A DNA stretch of 64,000 bases from an uncultured bacterium (GTDB lineage Bacteria; Verrucomicrobiota; Kiritimatiellia; RFP12; UBA1067). Made by a program: the position numbers and the translations under genes. Below are positions 1 through 9,203 of this stretch, in pieces. The notes under the pieces were generated by a model. The model searched no databases, had not been told where the DNA came from, and was given only the letters and a program-made list of their open reading frames with translations. The DNA lies in NCBI GenBank assembly GCA_902800055.1, contig CADCCW010000016.1, positions 27,816-91,815 of the forward strand, given 5' to 3'. Within the stretch, counting starts at the first letter, position 1, and every line of letters starts with the position of its first letter.

Positions 1-1
1 C

Positions 2-940
2 AAGGGCGGTTATGCCATTCCGGCGTTCAACTTCAACACGATGGAGCAGATGCAGGCCATTATCCAGGCCGCGGTCGAGACGAAGTCTCCCGTCATCATG
101 CAGGTCTCCAAGGGCGCGCGCAAGTACGCGAACCCCACGATCCTCCGCTATATGGCCGAAGGCGCGGTGCAGTACGCCAAGGAGCTTGGCTGCAAGAAGC
201 CCCAGATCGTCCTCCACCTCGACCATGGCGACAGCTTCGAGACCTGCAAGAGCTGCATCGACTCGGGCTTCTCGTCGGTGATGATCGACGGCAGCTCCCT
301 GCCTTTCAAGGACAACATCAAGCTCACCAAGAAGGTCGTCAACTACGCGCACAAGCACGACGTGACGGTCGAGGCCGAGCTCGGCGTCCTCGCCGGCGTC
401 GAGGACGAGGTCCAGGCCGAGGAGAGCCACTACACCAAGCCCGAGGAGGTTATCGAGTTCGCGACCAAGACCGGCTGCGACTCGCTTGCGATCTCCATCG
501 GCACCTCGCACGGCGCCTACAAGTTCAAGCCCGAGCAGTGCACGCGCGACAAGAAGACCGGCAAGCTCATCCCGCCGCCGCTGGCGTTCGACGTCCTCAA
601 GGCCGTCGAGAAGAAGCTCCCCGGCTTCCCGATCGTCCTCCACGGCTCGTCTTCGGTTCCGCAGGAGCACGTCGACACGATCAACAAGTTCGGCGGCAAG
701 CTGCCCGACGCGGTCGGCATCCCTGAGGAGCAGCTCCGCAAGGCGGCGAAGAGCGCGGTCTGCAAGATCAACATCGACTCCGACTCGCGCCTCGCGATGA
801 CCGCGGCGATCCGCAAGCACTTCGCGGAGCATCCCGAGCACTTCGACCCGCGCCAGTACCTCACTCCCGCGCGCGAGGCGATGAAGGAGCTCTACGTCCA
901 CAAGATCGTCAAGGTCCTCGGCTCCAACGGAAAGCTCTAA
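2..940 (+). CDS. fba: Class II fructose-1,6-bisphosphate aldolase (5' end outside window)
   Basis: Frame is open from base 2 (KGGYAIPAFNFN); motifs HLDHG, SVMIDGS, SIGTSHGAYK, VLHGSS, KINIDSD. Confidence 0.95.
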   Translation, partial: KGGYAIPAFNFNTMEQMQAIIQAAVETKSPVIMQVSKGARKYANPTILRYMAEGAVQYAKELGCKKPQIVLHLDHGDSFETCKSCIDSGFSSVMIDGSSLPFKDNIKLTKKVVNYAHKHDVTVEAELGVLAGVEDEVQAEESHYTKPEEVIEFATKTGCDSLAISIGTSHGAYKFKPEQCTRDKKTGKLIPPPLAFDVLKAVEKKLPGFPIVLHGSSSVPQEHVDTINKFGGKLPDAVGIPEEQLRKAAKSAVCKINIDSDSRLAMTAAIRKHFAEHPEHFDPRQYLTPAREAMKELYVHKIVKVLGSNGKL

Positions 941-944
941 TACC

Positions 945-1988
945 ATGGCAAAGGCGGCAGGCAAGTCTGCGTATGCGCAGGCCGGCGTCGACATCGACGT
1001 CAAGATGAACGCGGTCGGCTCCATCAAGCAGATGGTCGCCGCCACCAAGACCGCGAACGTGCTCGGCGGAATCGGCGCGTTCGGCGGTCTGTTCAAGGTC
1101 CCGGCGGGGCGCGACCAGGTGCTGGTCGCCTCCACCGACGGCGTTGGCACCAAGCTCAAGGTCGCGGCGATGACCGGCCGGCACGACACGGTCGGCCAGG
1201 ACATCGTCAACCACTGCGTGAACGACATCCTGGTGCAGGGCGCGAAGCCGCTGTTCTTCATGGACTACGTCGGCACGGCGAAGGTCGACCCCGAGGTGTT
1301 CAGGAGCGTCGTCTCCGGCCTGTGCAAGGCGTGCAAGGAGAACCACATGGCGCTCCTCGGCGGCGAGACGGCGGAGATGCCCGGCATCTACCCGGCCGGC
1401 GAGTACGACCTCGTCGGCACGATCGTCGGCTGCGTCGAGAAGTCCAAGATCATCACCGGCAAGTCGATCCGGGCTGGCGACGTGATCGTAGGCCTCCACT
1501 CCGGCGGCCTCCAGACGAACGGCTACTCGCTCGCGCGCAAGGTGATCTTCGACCACTGCCAGATGTCGTGGAAGGACAAGGTGCCCGGCACCGACAAGAC
1601 CTTCGGCGACGCGCTCCTCGCCGTCCACAAGAGCTTCCTCAAGCCCGTCTCGGCGCTGCTCGCCAACAAGGTGAACATCACCGGCATGGCCCACATCACC
1701 GGCGGCGGGTTCCAGGACAACATCCCGCGCGTGCTTCCGGACGTGGTGAACGCCGAGATCGACCGCGCCTCCTGGGAGGTGCCGACGATCTTCAAGTTCA
1801 TCCAGAACCAGGGCCACGTCGACCGCGACGAGATGTACCGCGTCTTCAACATGGGCATCGGCTACGTGCTGATCGTCCCCAAGCGCGACCTCATGCGCAC
1901 GGAGAAGATCCTCCGCGCGAACCGCCAGCCCTACTCGATCATCGGCGTCACCCGCAAGGGCACCGGCGTCGTGACGTTCAAGAACTGA
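945..1988 (+). CDS. purM: Phosphoribosylformylglycinamidine cyclo-ligase (AIR synthetase)
   Basis: YAQAGVD, STDGVGTK, GGETAEMPG, HITGGG, VFNMGIG. Confidence 0.97.
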   Translation: MAKAAGKSAYAQAGVDIDVKMNAVGSIKQMVAATKTANVLGGIGAFGGLFKVPAGRDQVLVASTDGVGTKLKVAAMTGRHDTVGQDIVNHCVNDILVQGAKPLFFMDYVGTAKVDPEVFRSVVSGLCKACKENHMALLGGETAEMPGIYPAGEYDLVGTIVGCVEKSKIITGKSIRAGDVIVGLHSGGLQTNGYSLARKVIFDHCQMSWKDKVPGTDKTFGDALLAVHKSFLKPVSALLANKVNITGMAHITGGGFQDNIPRVLPDVVNAEIDRASWEVPTIFKFIQNQGHVDRDEMYRVFNMGIGYVLIVPKRDLMRTEKILRANRQPYSIIGVTRKGTGVVTFKN

Positions 1989-2004
1989 CCTCCGGGGGGC
2001 GAAA

Positions 2005-3177
2005 ATGGAAATTGCCCGCGACATCATCTACGTCGGCGTCGACGACCACGACATCGACCTCTTCGAGGGTCAGTACGTCGTCCCGCTCGGGATGGCCTAC
2101 AACTCCTACGCCGTCGTCGACGAGAAGACGCTCGTCTTCGACACCGTCGACGCCCGCTTCGGCGACGCCTGGCTCGCGAACGTGCGCGCCGCGCTCGGCG
2201 GCCGCCCGGCCGACTACCTCGTCGTCCAGCACATGGAGCCTGACCACAGCGCGAACATCTCGCGCTTCGCCGCGGAGTACCCGGAGGCGAAGATCGTCGC
2301 CAGCGCCCAGGCCTTCGCGATGATGCGCCAGTTCTACGGCGACGACTTCGCCGCGCGCCGCGTCGTCGTCAAGGAGGGCGACACGCTCTCCACCGGCACG
2401 CACGAGTTCGCGTTCGTCTCCGCCCCGATGGTCCACTGGCCCGAGGTGATCGTCACCTACGACAAGGCGTCCGGCACGCTCTTCTCGGCGGACGGCTTCG
2501 GCAAGTTCGGCGCCAACGACGTCGAGGACCCGGAAGGGTGGGACTGCGAGGCTCGCCGCTACTACTTCGGCATCGTCGGCAAGTACGGCGCCCAGGTGCA
2601 GGCGCTCCTGAAGAAGGCCGCCGCGCTCCAGATCGACCGGATCTGCCCGCTCCACGGGCCGGTGCTGGCGACGGCGGACGAGGTCGCCCACGCGGTGAAG
2701 CAGTACGACACCTGGTCGAGCTACTCGGTGGAGTCGCCCGGCGTCTGCATCGCCTACACCTCCGTCTACGGCCACACCAAGGCCGCGGTGATGAAGCTGA
2801 AGGAAATGCTCATCGAGCGCGGCTGCCAGAAGGTCGCCGTCGCCGACCTCGCGCGCGACGACGTGCCCGAGACGGTCGAGGACGCGTTCCGCTACGGCAA
2901 GCTCGTCCTCGCCACCACCACCTACAACGCCGACATCTTCCCGTGGATGCGCCACTTCATCGACCACCTGACGGAGCGTAACTACCAGCGCCGCACCGTC
3001 GGCTTCGTCGAGAACGGCTCCTGGGCGCCCGCGGCGGCGCGGGTCATGCGCGGGATGTTCGAGGCCGCGAAGTCGAAGGACATCGCCTTCTGCGAAAACG
3101 TGGTGACCATCCGCTCGGCGCTCGACGCGGCGTCCGAGGCGAAGCTCGCGGCCCTGGCCGACGAACTCATGCGCTGA
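2005..3177 (+). CDS. FprA-family A-type flavoprotein (flavodiiron protein)
   Basis: HMEPDHS, HWPE, FSADGFG and PLHGP metallo-beta-lactamase motifs followed by a flavodoxin domain (SVYGHT, ENGSW). Confidence 0.92.
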   Translation: MEIARDIIYVGVDDHDIDLFEGQYVVPLGMAYNSYAVVDEKTLVFDTVDARFGDAWLANVRAALGGRPADYLVVQHMEPDHSANISRFAAEYPEAKIVASAQAFAMMRQFYGDDFAARRVVVKEGDTLSTGTHEFAFVSAPMVHWPEVIVTYDKASGTLFSADGFGKFGANDVEDPEGWDCEARRYYFGIVGKYGAQVQALLKKAAALQIDRICPLHGPVLATADEVAHAVKQYDTWSSYSVESPGVCIAYTSVYGHTKAAVMKLKEMLIERGCQKVAVADLARDDVPETVEDAFRYGKLVLATTTYNADIFPWMRHFIDHLTERNYQRRTVGFVENGSWAPAAARVMRGMFEAAKSKDIAFCENVVTIRSALDAASEAKLAALADELMR

Positions 3178-3196
3178 GGGGAAAGGAGGCAAGTCG

Positions 3197-4447
3197 ATGA
3201 AAAGGTTCATGAGAGCGGTCCTGCCGGCGTTCCTGCTGGCGGTGTCGGTGGGGCAGATCTACGCCTTCACCAACTTCTCGTCCGAGATCGCGGCGCACAT
3301 CGGGCGCACGCAGCAGCAGGTGCAGTGGGCGTTCTCGTTCGGCATCTTCTTCCTTGGCATGGGCGCGGCGTTCTTCGGCAAGATCGTCGAGAAGAACATC
3401 CGGCTCTCGACCATCATCGGCACGACCCTCTTCCTCTCCGGGCTGCTCGTCACCGAGTTCGGCATCGTCTCGAAGTCGCTTGTGCTCGTCTACCTCGGCT
3501 ACGGCTTCCTGATCGGCCTCGGCACCGGCGTCATCTACATCTCGCCGGTGAAGACGATGATGCTCTGGTTCCCGGAGCACAAGGCGATCGCGGCGGCGCT
3601 GCCGATCATCTCCTTCGGCCTCGGCTCCACGCTCTCGACGATCCTCTTCAGCGGCATCCACTGGGGGACGCCCGGCTCGTCGGTCGCGGTGTTCCAGCTC
3701 CGTGGGTTCATGGAATACGGCATCACCAACGTCTTCCACGCCTACGCGATCTTCTACGCGGTGCCGATGGTCGCGGCGTGCTTCCTGCTGAAGAAGCCGA
3801 AGGTGCAGGTGCAGAGCTTCGGCCACGGCATCCCCGCGCTCGAGTTCAGCTACCGTCAGCTCTTCGTCAACCGCTTCTTCTGGCAGTCGTGGCTGTTCAT
3901 GTTCCTCAACATCTCGGCCGGCCTCTGCCTCATCCCGCTCGCGAAGCAGATGATGAAGTCGCCGGACGTCTACGGCGACAGCGAGAAGCTGATCACGTGG
4001 ATCGTCGCGCTTTCCGGCCTCATGAACGGCGGCGGGCGCTTCCTCTTCGCGTGGTGGTCCGACCGCCTCGCCAAGCGCATCAACATCCTCCTGGTCATCC
4101 TCTCCATCTCGGCGGGCATAATGCTCGCGAGCTTCCTGCCCGTCCTGATCGGCCTCGCGCTGCTCGTCATCAACGCCTGCTACGGCGCGGGCTTCTCGGT
4201 CATCCCCGCGATCCTCGCCGACCACTACGGCATGACGAACATCTCCAAGATCCACGGCGCGGTGCTTTCGGCGTGGGGTTGCGCCGGCATCATCGGCAAC
4301 CAGGTCGCGATCGTCGTCTCCAACGCGTTCGGCGGCTACGGCGAGGGCGGCCACGGCTACCCGGCGGTCGTGGGGATGCTGGTGGTCGTCTACCTCTGCA
4401 ACCTCTTCAACGCCTGGACTCTTGCACGGTCGACAACCCGCCGCTGA
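3197..4447 (+). CDS. MFS transporter, oxalate/formate antiporter (OFA)-like
   Basis: About 12 hydrophobic segments; GLGTGVIYISPV..WFP and NGGGR..SDR MFS motifs. Confidence 0.8.
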   Translation: MKRFMRAVLPAFLLAVSVGQIYAFTNFSSEIAAHIGRTQQQVQWAFSFGIFFLGMGAAFFGKIVEKNIRLSTIIGTTLFLSGLLVTEFGIVSKSLVLVYLGYGFLIGLGTGVIYISPVKTMMLWFPEHKAIAAALPIISFGLGSTLSTILFSGIHWGTPGSSVAVFQLRGFMEYGITNVFHAYAIFYAVPMVAACFLLKKPKVQVQSFGHGIPALEFSYRQLFVNRFFWQSWLFMFLNISAGLCLIPLAKQMMKSPDVYGDSEKLITWIVALSGLMNGGGRFLFAWWSDRLAKRINILLVILSISAGIMLASFLPVLIGLALLVINACYGAGFSVIPAILADHYGMTNISKIHGAVLSAWGCAGIIGNQVAIVVSNAFGGYGEGGHGYPAVVGMLVVVYLCNLFNAWTLARSTTRR

Positions 4448-4466
4448 CGAATAGGATGGCCGTGAC

Positions 4467-6164
4467 ATGACATTTGCCACCTCCAAGTTCAGGGCTTTCC
4501 TGCCGGCCGCGACCTTCGCGATGGCGGCGGAGTTCCTGATGGGGCTGTCGGACTCGGTCATCTGCGGCCACGTCCTCGGGGAGACGGGCCTCTCGGCCGT
4601 CAACCTGATGCAGGGCGTCTTCGAGATCGTCACCTTCGTCGGGATGATGGTGACGGTCGGCTCGTGCGTCCATTTCTCGACCGAGCTCGGCGCCCTGCAC
4701 GTCAGGCGCGCGCACGGCTACTTCACGCTCGGCTTCTTCGCGTCGATCGCCTTCGGGCTCGCGTTTGCCGCGGCGCTCGCGGTGCTGCGCCATCCGGTGC
4801 TGACTGCCTTCGGCGCGTCCAAGGAGGTGACCGAGCTCGCCAGCGCATACTGGGTGTGGTTCCTGCCGGCGGCGATGCTCGAGCCGCTGGCGTTCTTCCT
4901 CGGCACGCTCGCCTACGCCGACGGCGACGCGCGGCTGTCGCTCTTCTCCTACTGCGTGCAGCTGGTCGGCAACTGCCTGGTGTCGGTGCCGCTGACGATC
5001 TACTTCGGCGCGGCCGGGTGCGCGGTCGGCACCGGCATCGGGTCGTTCCTGGCCATCGTGGTGCTGCTGTTCCACTTCTGCCGCCGCGGCTGCATGCTCG
5101 GCTTCTCGCGGCACTTCAGCGTCCTCCCCGACCTGCTGCGGATCTTCCGCACCTCGCTCGGCGACGCGAGCAAGAACGTCGGCAAGGCGGCGCTAATATT
5201 CGCGCTCAACGCCTATGTTATCGCCCACTTCGGCTCGGAGATGTTGCCGGTCCTCGCGGTGGTGGTGATGACGATTGGCATCTCCGAGGTGTTCGACGGC
5301 GTCGCCAACGCCGCGCAGCCGCTGGCGAGCGTCTACATCGGCGAACGCAACTCGTTCCTTACCAAGCGCGTCATGCGCGCGGCGCTGAGGATGGCGCTCG
5401 GCGAGGGGGCGGCGGCGATGCTCGTACTGCTCGCGTACCCGAACCTCATCCTGATGATGGCCGGCGTGTCGGACCCGACGGTGGTGCCGGCGGCGCTGTT
5501 CGCGGTGCGGGTCGCGTCCATCGCCCTGCCGGGGCTCGCGCTGGTGCTGCTTTTCAACTCCTACTACGTCTTCATCGGGCGGGAGACCCTCGCCACGCTG
5601 CTTACGCTCGCGGCAGTCCTCGTCGTGCCCGCGGCGCTTTTCCCCGCGATGGGCTCGGCCTGGGGCGCCCGCGGCGTCTGGGCCGCGCTCGGCCTCGCGC
5701 CGCTCGTTTCGCTCGCGGTCTTCGCCGTCTACGAGATGGTGCGCTGGGGCTTCAGGATCTTTCCGTTCCTGCTCCAGGGCGGGCGCGACGCGGCGCTCCG
5801 GGTCTTCGACCTCGAGCTCGACCCGGCCTCGATCTGCCTGGCCTCGGCTGGCGTCGAGAAGCACCTGCTGCAGAAGGGGATCGACGCCGCGCGGGCGTCG
5901 AAGGCGGCGCTGCTGGTGGAGGAGGCGCTGATGGTCGTGCGCGACCGCAACGGCGGCCGCCGCACCCTGGCGGAGGTGACTGTCGACCTCAACGACGGGC
6001 TTACGCTCGTCCTCCGCGACGACGGCGAGATCTTCGACATCACCGACGCGGACGCCAGCGTCTCCTCGCTGCGCAGCTACCTCGTCTCCAACCTGATGAC
6101 GGCGATACCCAACCGCCGCAACCTGACCACCACCGGCTTCAACCGCAACGTATTCAAGCTATGA
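4467..6164 (+). CDS. MATE-family transporter with a C-terminal degenerate GHKL/anti-sigma-like domain
   Basis: MATE-like N-terminus (DSVICGHVLGETGLSAV) and two TM halves; soluble tail with LLVEE...LRDDGEIFD. Confidence 0.8.
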   Translation: MTFATSKFRAFLPAATFAMAAEFLMGLSDSVICGHVLGETGLSAVNLMQGVFEIVTFVGMMVTVGSCVHFSTELGALHVRRAHGYFTLGFFASIAFGLAFAAALAVLRHPVLTAFGASKEVTELASAYWVWFLPAAMLEPLAFFLGTLAYADGDARLSLFSYCVQLVGNCLVSVPLTIYFGAAGCAVGTGIGSFLAIVVLLFHFCRRGCMLGFSRHFSVLPDLLRIFRTSLGDASKNVGKAALIFALNAYVIAHFGSEMLPVLAVVVMTIGISEVFDGVANAAQPLASVYIGERNSFLTKRVMRAALRMALGEGAAAMLVLLAYPNLILMMAGVSDPTVVPAALFAVRVASIALPGLALVLLFNSYYVFIGRETLATLLTLAAVLVVPAALFPAMGSAWGARGVWAALGLAPLVSLAVFAVYEMVRWGFRIFPFLLQGGRDAALRVFDLELDPASICLASAGVEKHLLQKGIDAARASKAALLVEEALMVVRDRNGGRRTLAEVTVDLNDGLTLVLRDDGEIFDITDADASVSSLRSYLVSNLMTAIPNRRNLTTTGFNRNVFKL

Positions 6165-6868
6165 GAACCGCCCTGGCCATGCTGGCGCTCGTCGTCGCCG
6201 CCGGCTGCTCGGACGCCGAGCACCGCGTGGATCCGCGCATCGCGGACAAGTCGCGTCCGATCGTCATGCTCACCCATCCGACCGAGCCGCCGTGCTCCTA
6301 CAAGAACGAAGCCGGCGAGATCATCGGCTCCGACGTCGACCTTGCGCGGAGGATCGCGGCGAAGGCCGGGCGCGAGCTCGTCGTGGAGGCGGTCGAGTTC
6401 TCCGACATCCTGCCGCGGCTCAAGGCCGGCACGGCGGACATCGGCATCTCCACCATCACCATCACCGAGGCGAGGAAGCGCGACGTGGACTTCTCCATCC
6501 CGTATGCGTTCGGCGGCGCGTGCTTCCTGTACCGGAGCGCCGACCCGAGGCCGCGGCTGTCGCATATCGCCATGCTCAACATCGGGGTCGAGTCCGACAC
6601 CGTGCAGGACATCTTCCTTTGCCGCCACGGCTGCGACCCGCTGCGGTTCGTCCACCTCGAGGAGGCGGTTGACGCGCTGGACCGTAAGGTCGTCGACGCC
6701 GTGTTCTTCGACGACATGCCGCTGAAGGCGCTGGCCGAGAAGTCCGGCGGGCGCTACGCCGTCTCGCCGCTTGCCACCCGCGACGGCTACGGCGTCGCAG
6801 TCGACAAGCGGCGCCAGGACGTGCTCGCCGCCGCCAACGCGGTAATCGCGGAAGGGGGTGCGAAGTGA
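6161..6868 (+). CDS. Family-3 (amino-acid-type) solute-binding lipoprotein
   Basis: ATG at 6161 overlaps the MATE stop; lipobox AAGC; GSDVDLARRIA, ITITEARKRDVDFSIPY. Confidence 0.85.
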   Translation: MRTALAMLALVVAAGCSDAEHRVDPRIADKSRPIVMLTHPTEPPCSYKNEAGEIIGSDVDLARRIAAKAGRELVVEAVEFSDILPRLKAGTADIGISTITITEARKRDVDFSIPYAFGGACFLYRSADPRPRLSHIAMLNIGVESDTVQDIFLCRHGCDPLRFVHLEEAVDALDRKVVDAVFFDDMPLKALAEKSGGRYAVSPLATRDGYGVAVDKRRQDVLAAANAVIAEGGAK

Positions 6869-8895
6869 CCGCCCGCCGCAGCCTCAACGTCAAGGTCGCC
6901 GTTTCGGTGCTTGTCGCCTTCGCCGCGTCGATGGCCTTCTCGTGGTTTCTCCACAACAGCCTTTCCGAGCGCGACGCCTACGCGCTGATCGACCGCACCT
7001 TCGCCAACGCGCGCGCCGAGCTCACCGACTGCATCAACGAGCGGCTCGTCGTCCAGTGCATGGAGGCGCGCGAGCGGCTCGAGGACGGCCATCCCGACGA
7101 CACGGCCTCCCTGCAGGCGCTGGCGCGCGAGCTGCGCGTGTCCGAGGTCAGCATCGTGGACGACAAGGGCGACATCGTCCGCTCGTCGGTGCCGGGCTAC
7201 TTGGCCGGGCCCGGGAGGAAGGCGTTCAACTTCGCCGCGGCCGACGACAAAGACGCCAACAAAATGATGGGCCTCATTGACGGACGCTACACCGAGTATT
7301 GCCAGCCGTACCGCAGCAATGCGGCAAACGGCAACTGGCGCAAGTTCGTCGGCGTGTGGCGGCGCGAAGGCGGGTTCTTCGAGATCGGGCTGGACGGCAA
7401 GGCCCTGCAATCCCTTGCGCGCTCCACCTGCGTGGATCGCTTCCGCAACTGGCGCGTCGGCGGCAGCGGCGGCATCGTGGTCACCACGCCGACCGGGCTC
7501 GTGCTCTCCGACTACGAGGAGCCGAACCGCGAGGGCACGCAGTTCCACGAGCCCGGCGGCTCGTTCTACTGGAAGCGCGGCGACATCGAGACGTTCCCGG
7601 TCTATGTGATGATCCCGAAGATGTCCGCGGCCGTCCAGCGCGACGTGCTCGTCGGCGCCACCGCGCTGCTGAACGGCGCGGCGCTGGTGTTCGTGGCGCT
7701 CCTGGTGGGGTTCGTGATCGCGGCCTTCGTGCGCCGGCAGATCCGCGAGCAGGAGGCGAAGGAGCTGGCGATGGCGAAGGACATTCAGCTCTCGGCGCTT
7801 CCGAACGTGTTCCCGCCGTTCCCGGACGAGACGCGCTTCGACATCATGGCCTCGATGGCGACGGCCAAGGAGGTCGGCGGCGACTTCTACGACTTCTACT
7901 TCACCGCGCAGGGCCGCGTGCTCGTGATCGTCGCCGACGTCAGCGGCAAGGGCGTCCCCGCCGCGATGTTCATGATGCACGCGAAGACGCTCATCAAGAG
8001 CGCCGCGCAGACCGGCAAGCCGCTCGCGCAGGTGTTCACGGAGGCGAACGAGGCGCTCTGCGAGGGCAACTCGTCCTGCACCTTCGTCACCGCCTGGGCC
8101 GGCGAGTTCAACGTCAACACCGGCCACCTGACCTTCGTGAACGCCGGCCACAACCCGCCAGTGGTGCGCCGCGGCAGCCACTGCGAGTACCTGAAGACGC
8201 GCCCCTCGCCCGCCCTCGGCGCCATGGAGGGCGTCACGTACCGGGTCGACGACATCACCCTCGAGCCCGGGGACGCCATCTACCTCTACACCGACGGCAT
8301 CGTCGAGCAGCCCGACCCGTCCGGCGAGCTCTACGGCGAGGACCGGCTCCTCGGGCTCCTCTCCCGGAACGTCCGCCAGCGCGGCGAGATCCTCAAGACG
8401 GTGCTCGCCGACGTCCACCGCCACGCCGCCGGCGCCGAGCAGGCCGACGACTGCACCCAGCTCGTGCTCCGCTACCGCGGCGAGCCCGACGTGGTGGAGC
8501 ACGAGTACGCGCCGACGCTGGAAGGCGTCGCCAAGGCCGTCGACGACCTCACCGCCGCGCTGGAGCCGGTGCCGGAGCGGGTGCGCGCCCAGCTGCTCGT
8601 GGCGGCCGACGAGATCTTCGCCAACATCGTGCACTACTCCGGCGCCACCCGCTGGTCGCTCTCGGTCGAGCACGACCACCACCCCGACGGCGTGCGCCTC
8701 GTCATCACCGATGACGGCAAGCCTTTCGATCCGCTCGCGCAGCGCGACCCCGACACCACCCTCGCCGCCGAGGACCGCGCGGCCGGGGGGCTGGGGATAT
8801 TCATCGTCAAGAAGACAATGTCGCCCGTCACCTACAAGCGGCGGAACGGCTTAAACATCCTGAAAATGGGGAGAGACTATGGAGATCAAGACTAA
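6865..8895 (+). CDS. Membrane sensor with PP2C (SpoIIE/RsbU) phosphatase and C-terminal RsbW-type GHKL kinase domains
   Basis: Two TM helices; VGGDFYD, ADVSGKG, NAGHNPP, YTDG, DDCT; then DEIFANIV, DDGKPFDP, GGLGIFIV. Confidence 0.9.
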   Translation: MTARRSLNVKVAVSVLVAFAASMAFSWFLHNSLSERDAYALIDRTFANARAELTDCINERLVVQCMEARERLEDGHPDDTASLQALARELRVSEVSIVDDKGDIVRSSVPGYLAGPGRKAFNFAAADDKDANKMMGLIDGRYTEYCQPYRSNAANGNWRKFVGVWRREGGFFEIGLDGKALQSLARSTCVDRFRNWRVGGSGGIVVTTPTGLVLSDYEEPNREGTQFHEPGGSFYWKRGDIETFPVYVMIPKMSAAVQRDVLVGATALLNGAALVFVALLVGFVIAAFVRRQIREQEAKELAMAKDIQLSALPNVFPPFPDETRFDIMASMATAKEVGGDFYDFYFTAQGRVLVIVADVSGKGVPAAMFMMHAKTLIKSAAQTGKPLAQVFTEANEALCEGNSSCTFVTAWAGEFNVNTGHLTFVNAGHNPPVVRRGSHCEYLKTRPSPALGAMEGVTYRVDDITLEPGDAIYLYTDGIVEQPDPSGELYGEDRLLGLLSRNVRQRGEILKTVLADVHRHAAGAEQADDCTQLVLRYRGEPDVVEHEYAPTLEGVAKAVDDLTAALEPVPERVRAQLLVAADEIFANIVHYSGATRWSLSVEHDHHPDGVRLVITDDGKPFDPLAQRDPDTTLAAEDRAAGGLGIFIVKKTMSPVTYKRRNGLNILKMGRDYGDQD

Positions 8896-9172
8896 ATCGG
8901 AAGGATCCACGCTGACCATTTCCGTCAGCGGCCGCGTAGACACCGTCACCGCCCCCGAGCTCGAGGCGGGGCTCAAGTTCGGCGACGCCAAGTGCGTCGT
9001 GCTCGACATCGCCGAGGTTCCGTACATGAGCTCGGCCGGACTGAGGCTGCTCCTCACGTCGCACAAGGCGATGCTGGCGAAGGGCGGCGAGTTCAAGATC
9101 GTGAACGTCCAGCCTTCGGTCTCCGAAGTCCTCTCCATCACCGGCTTCGCCGACATCCTCAACATCGCCTGA
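8879..9172 (+). CDS. STAS-domain anti-sigma factor antagonist (RsbV/SpoIIAA-like)
   Basis: GRVDTVTAPEL and YMSSAGL phosphoacceptor motif; 97 aa. Confidence 0.92.
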   Translation: MEIKTKSEGSTLTISVSGRVDTVTAPELEAGLKFGDAKCVVLDIAEVPYMSSAGLRLLLTSHKAMLAKGGEFKIVNVQPSVSEVLSITGFADILNIA

Positions 9173-9203
9173 CGGCAGCTGGAGCCATGGCGGGGGGGAT
9201 GCC

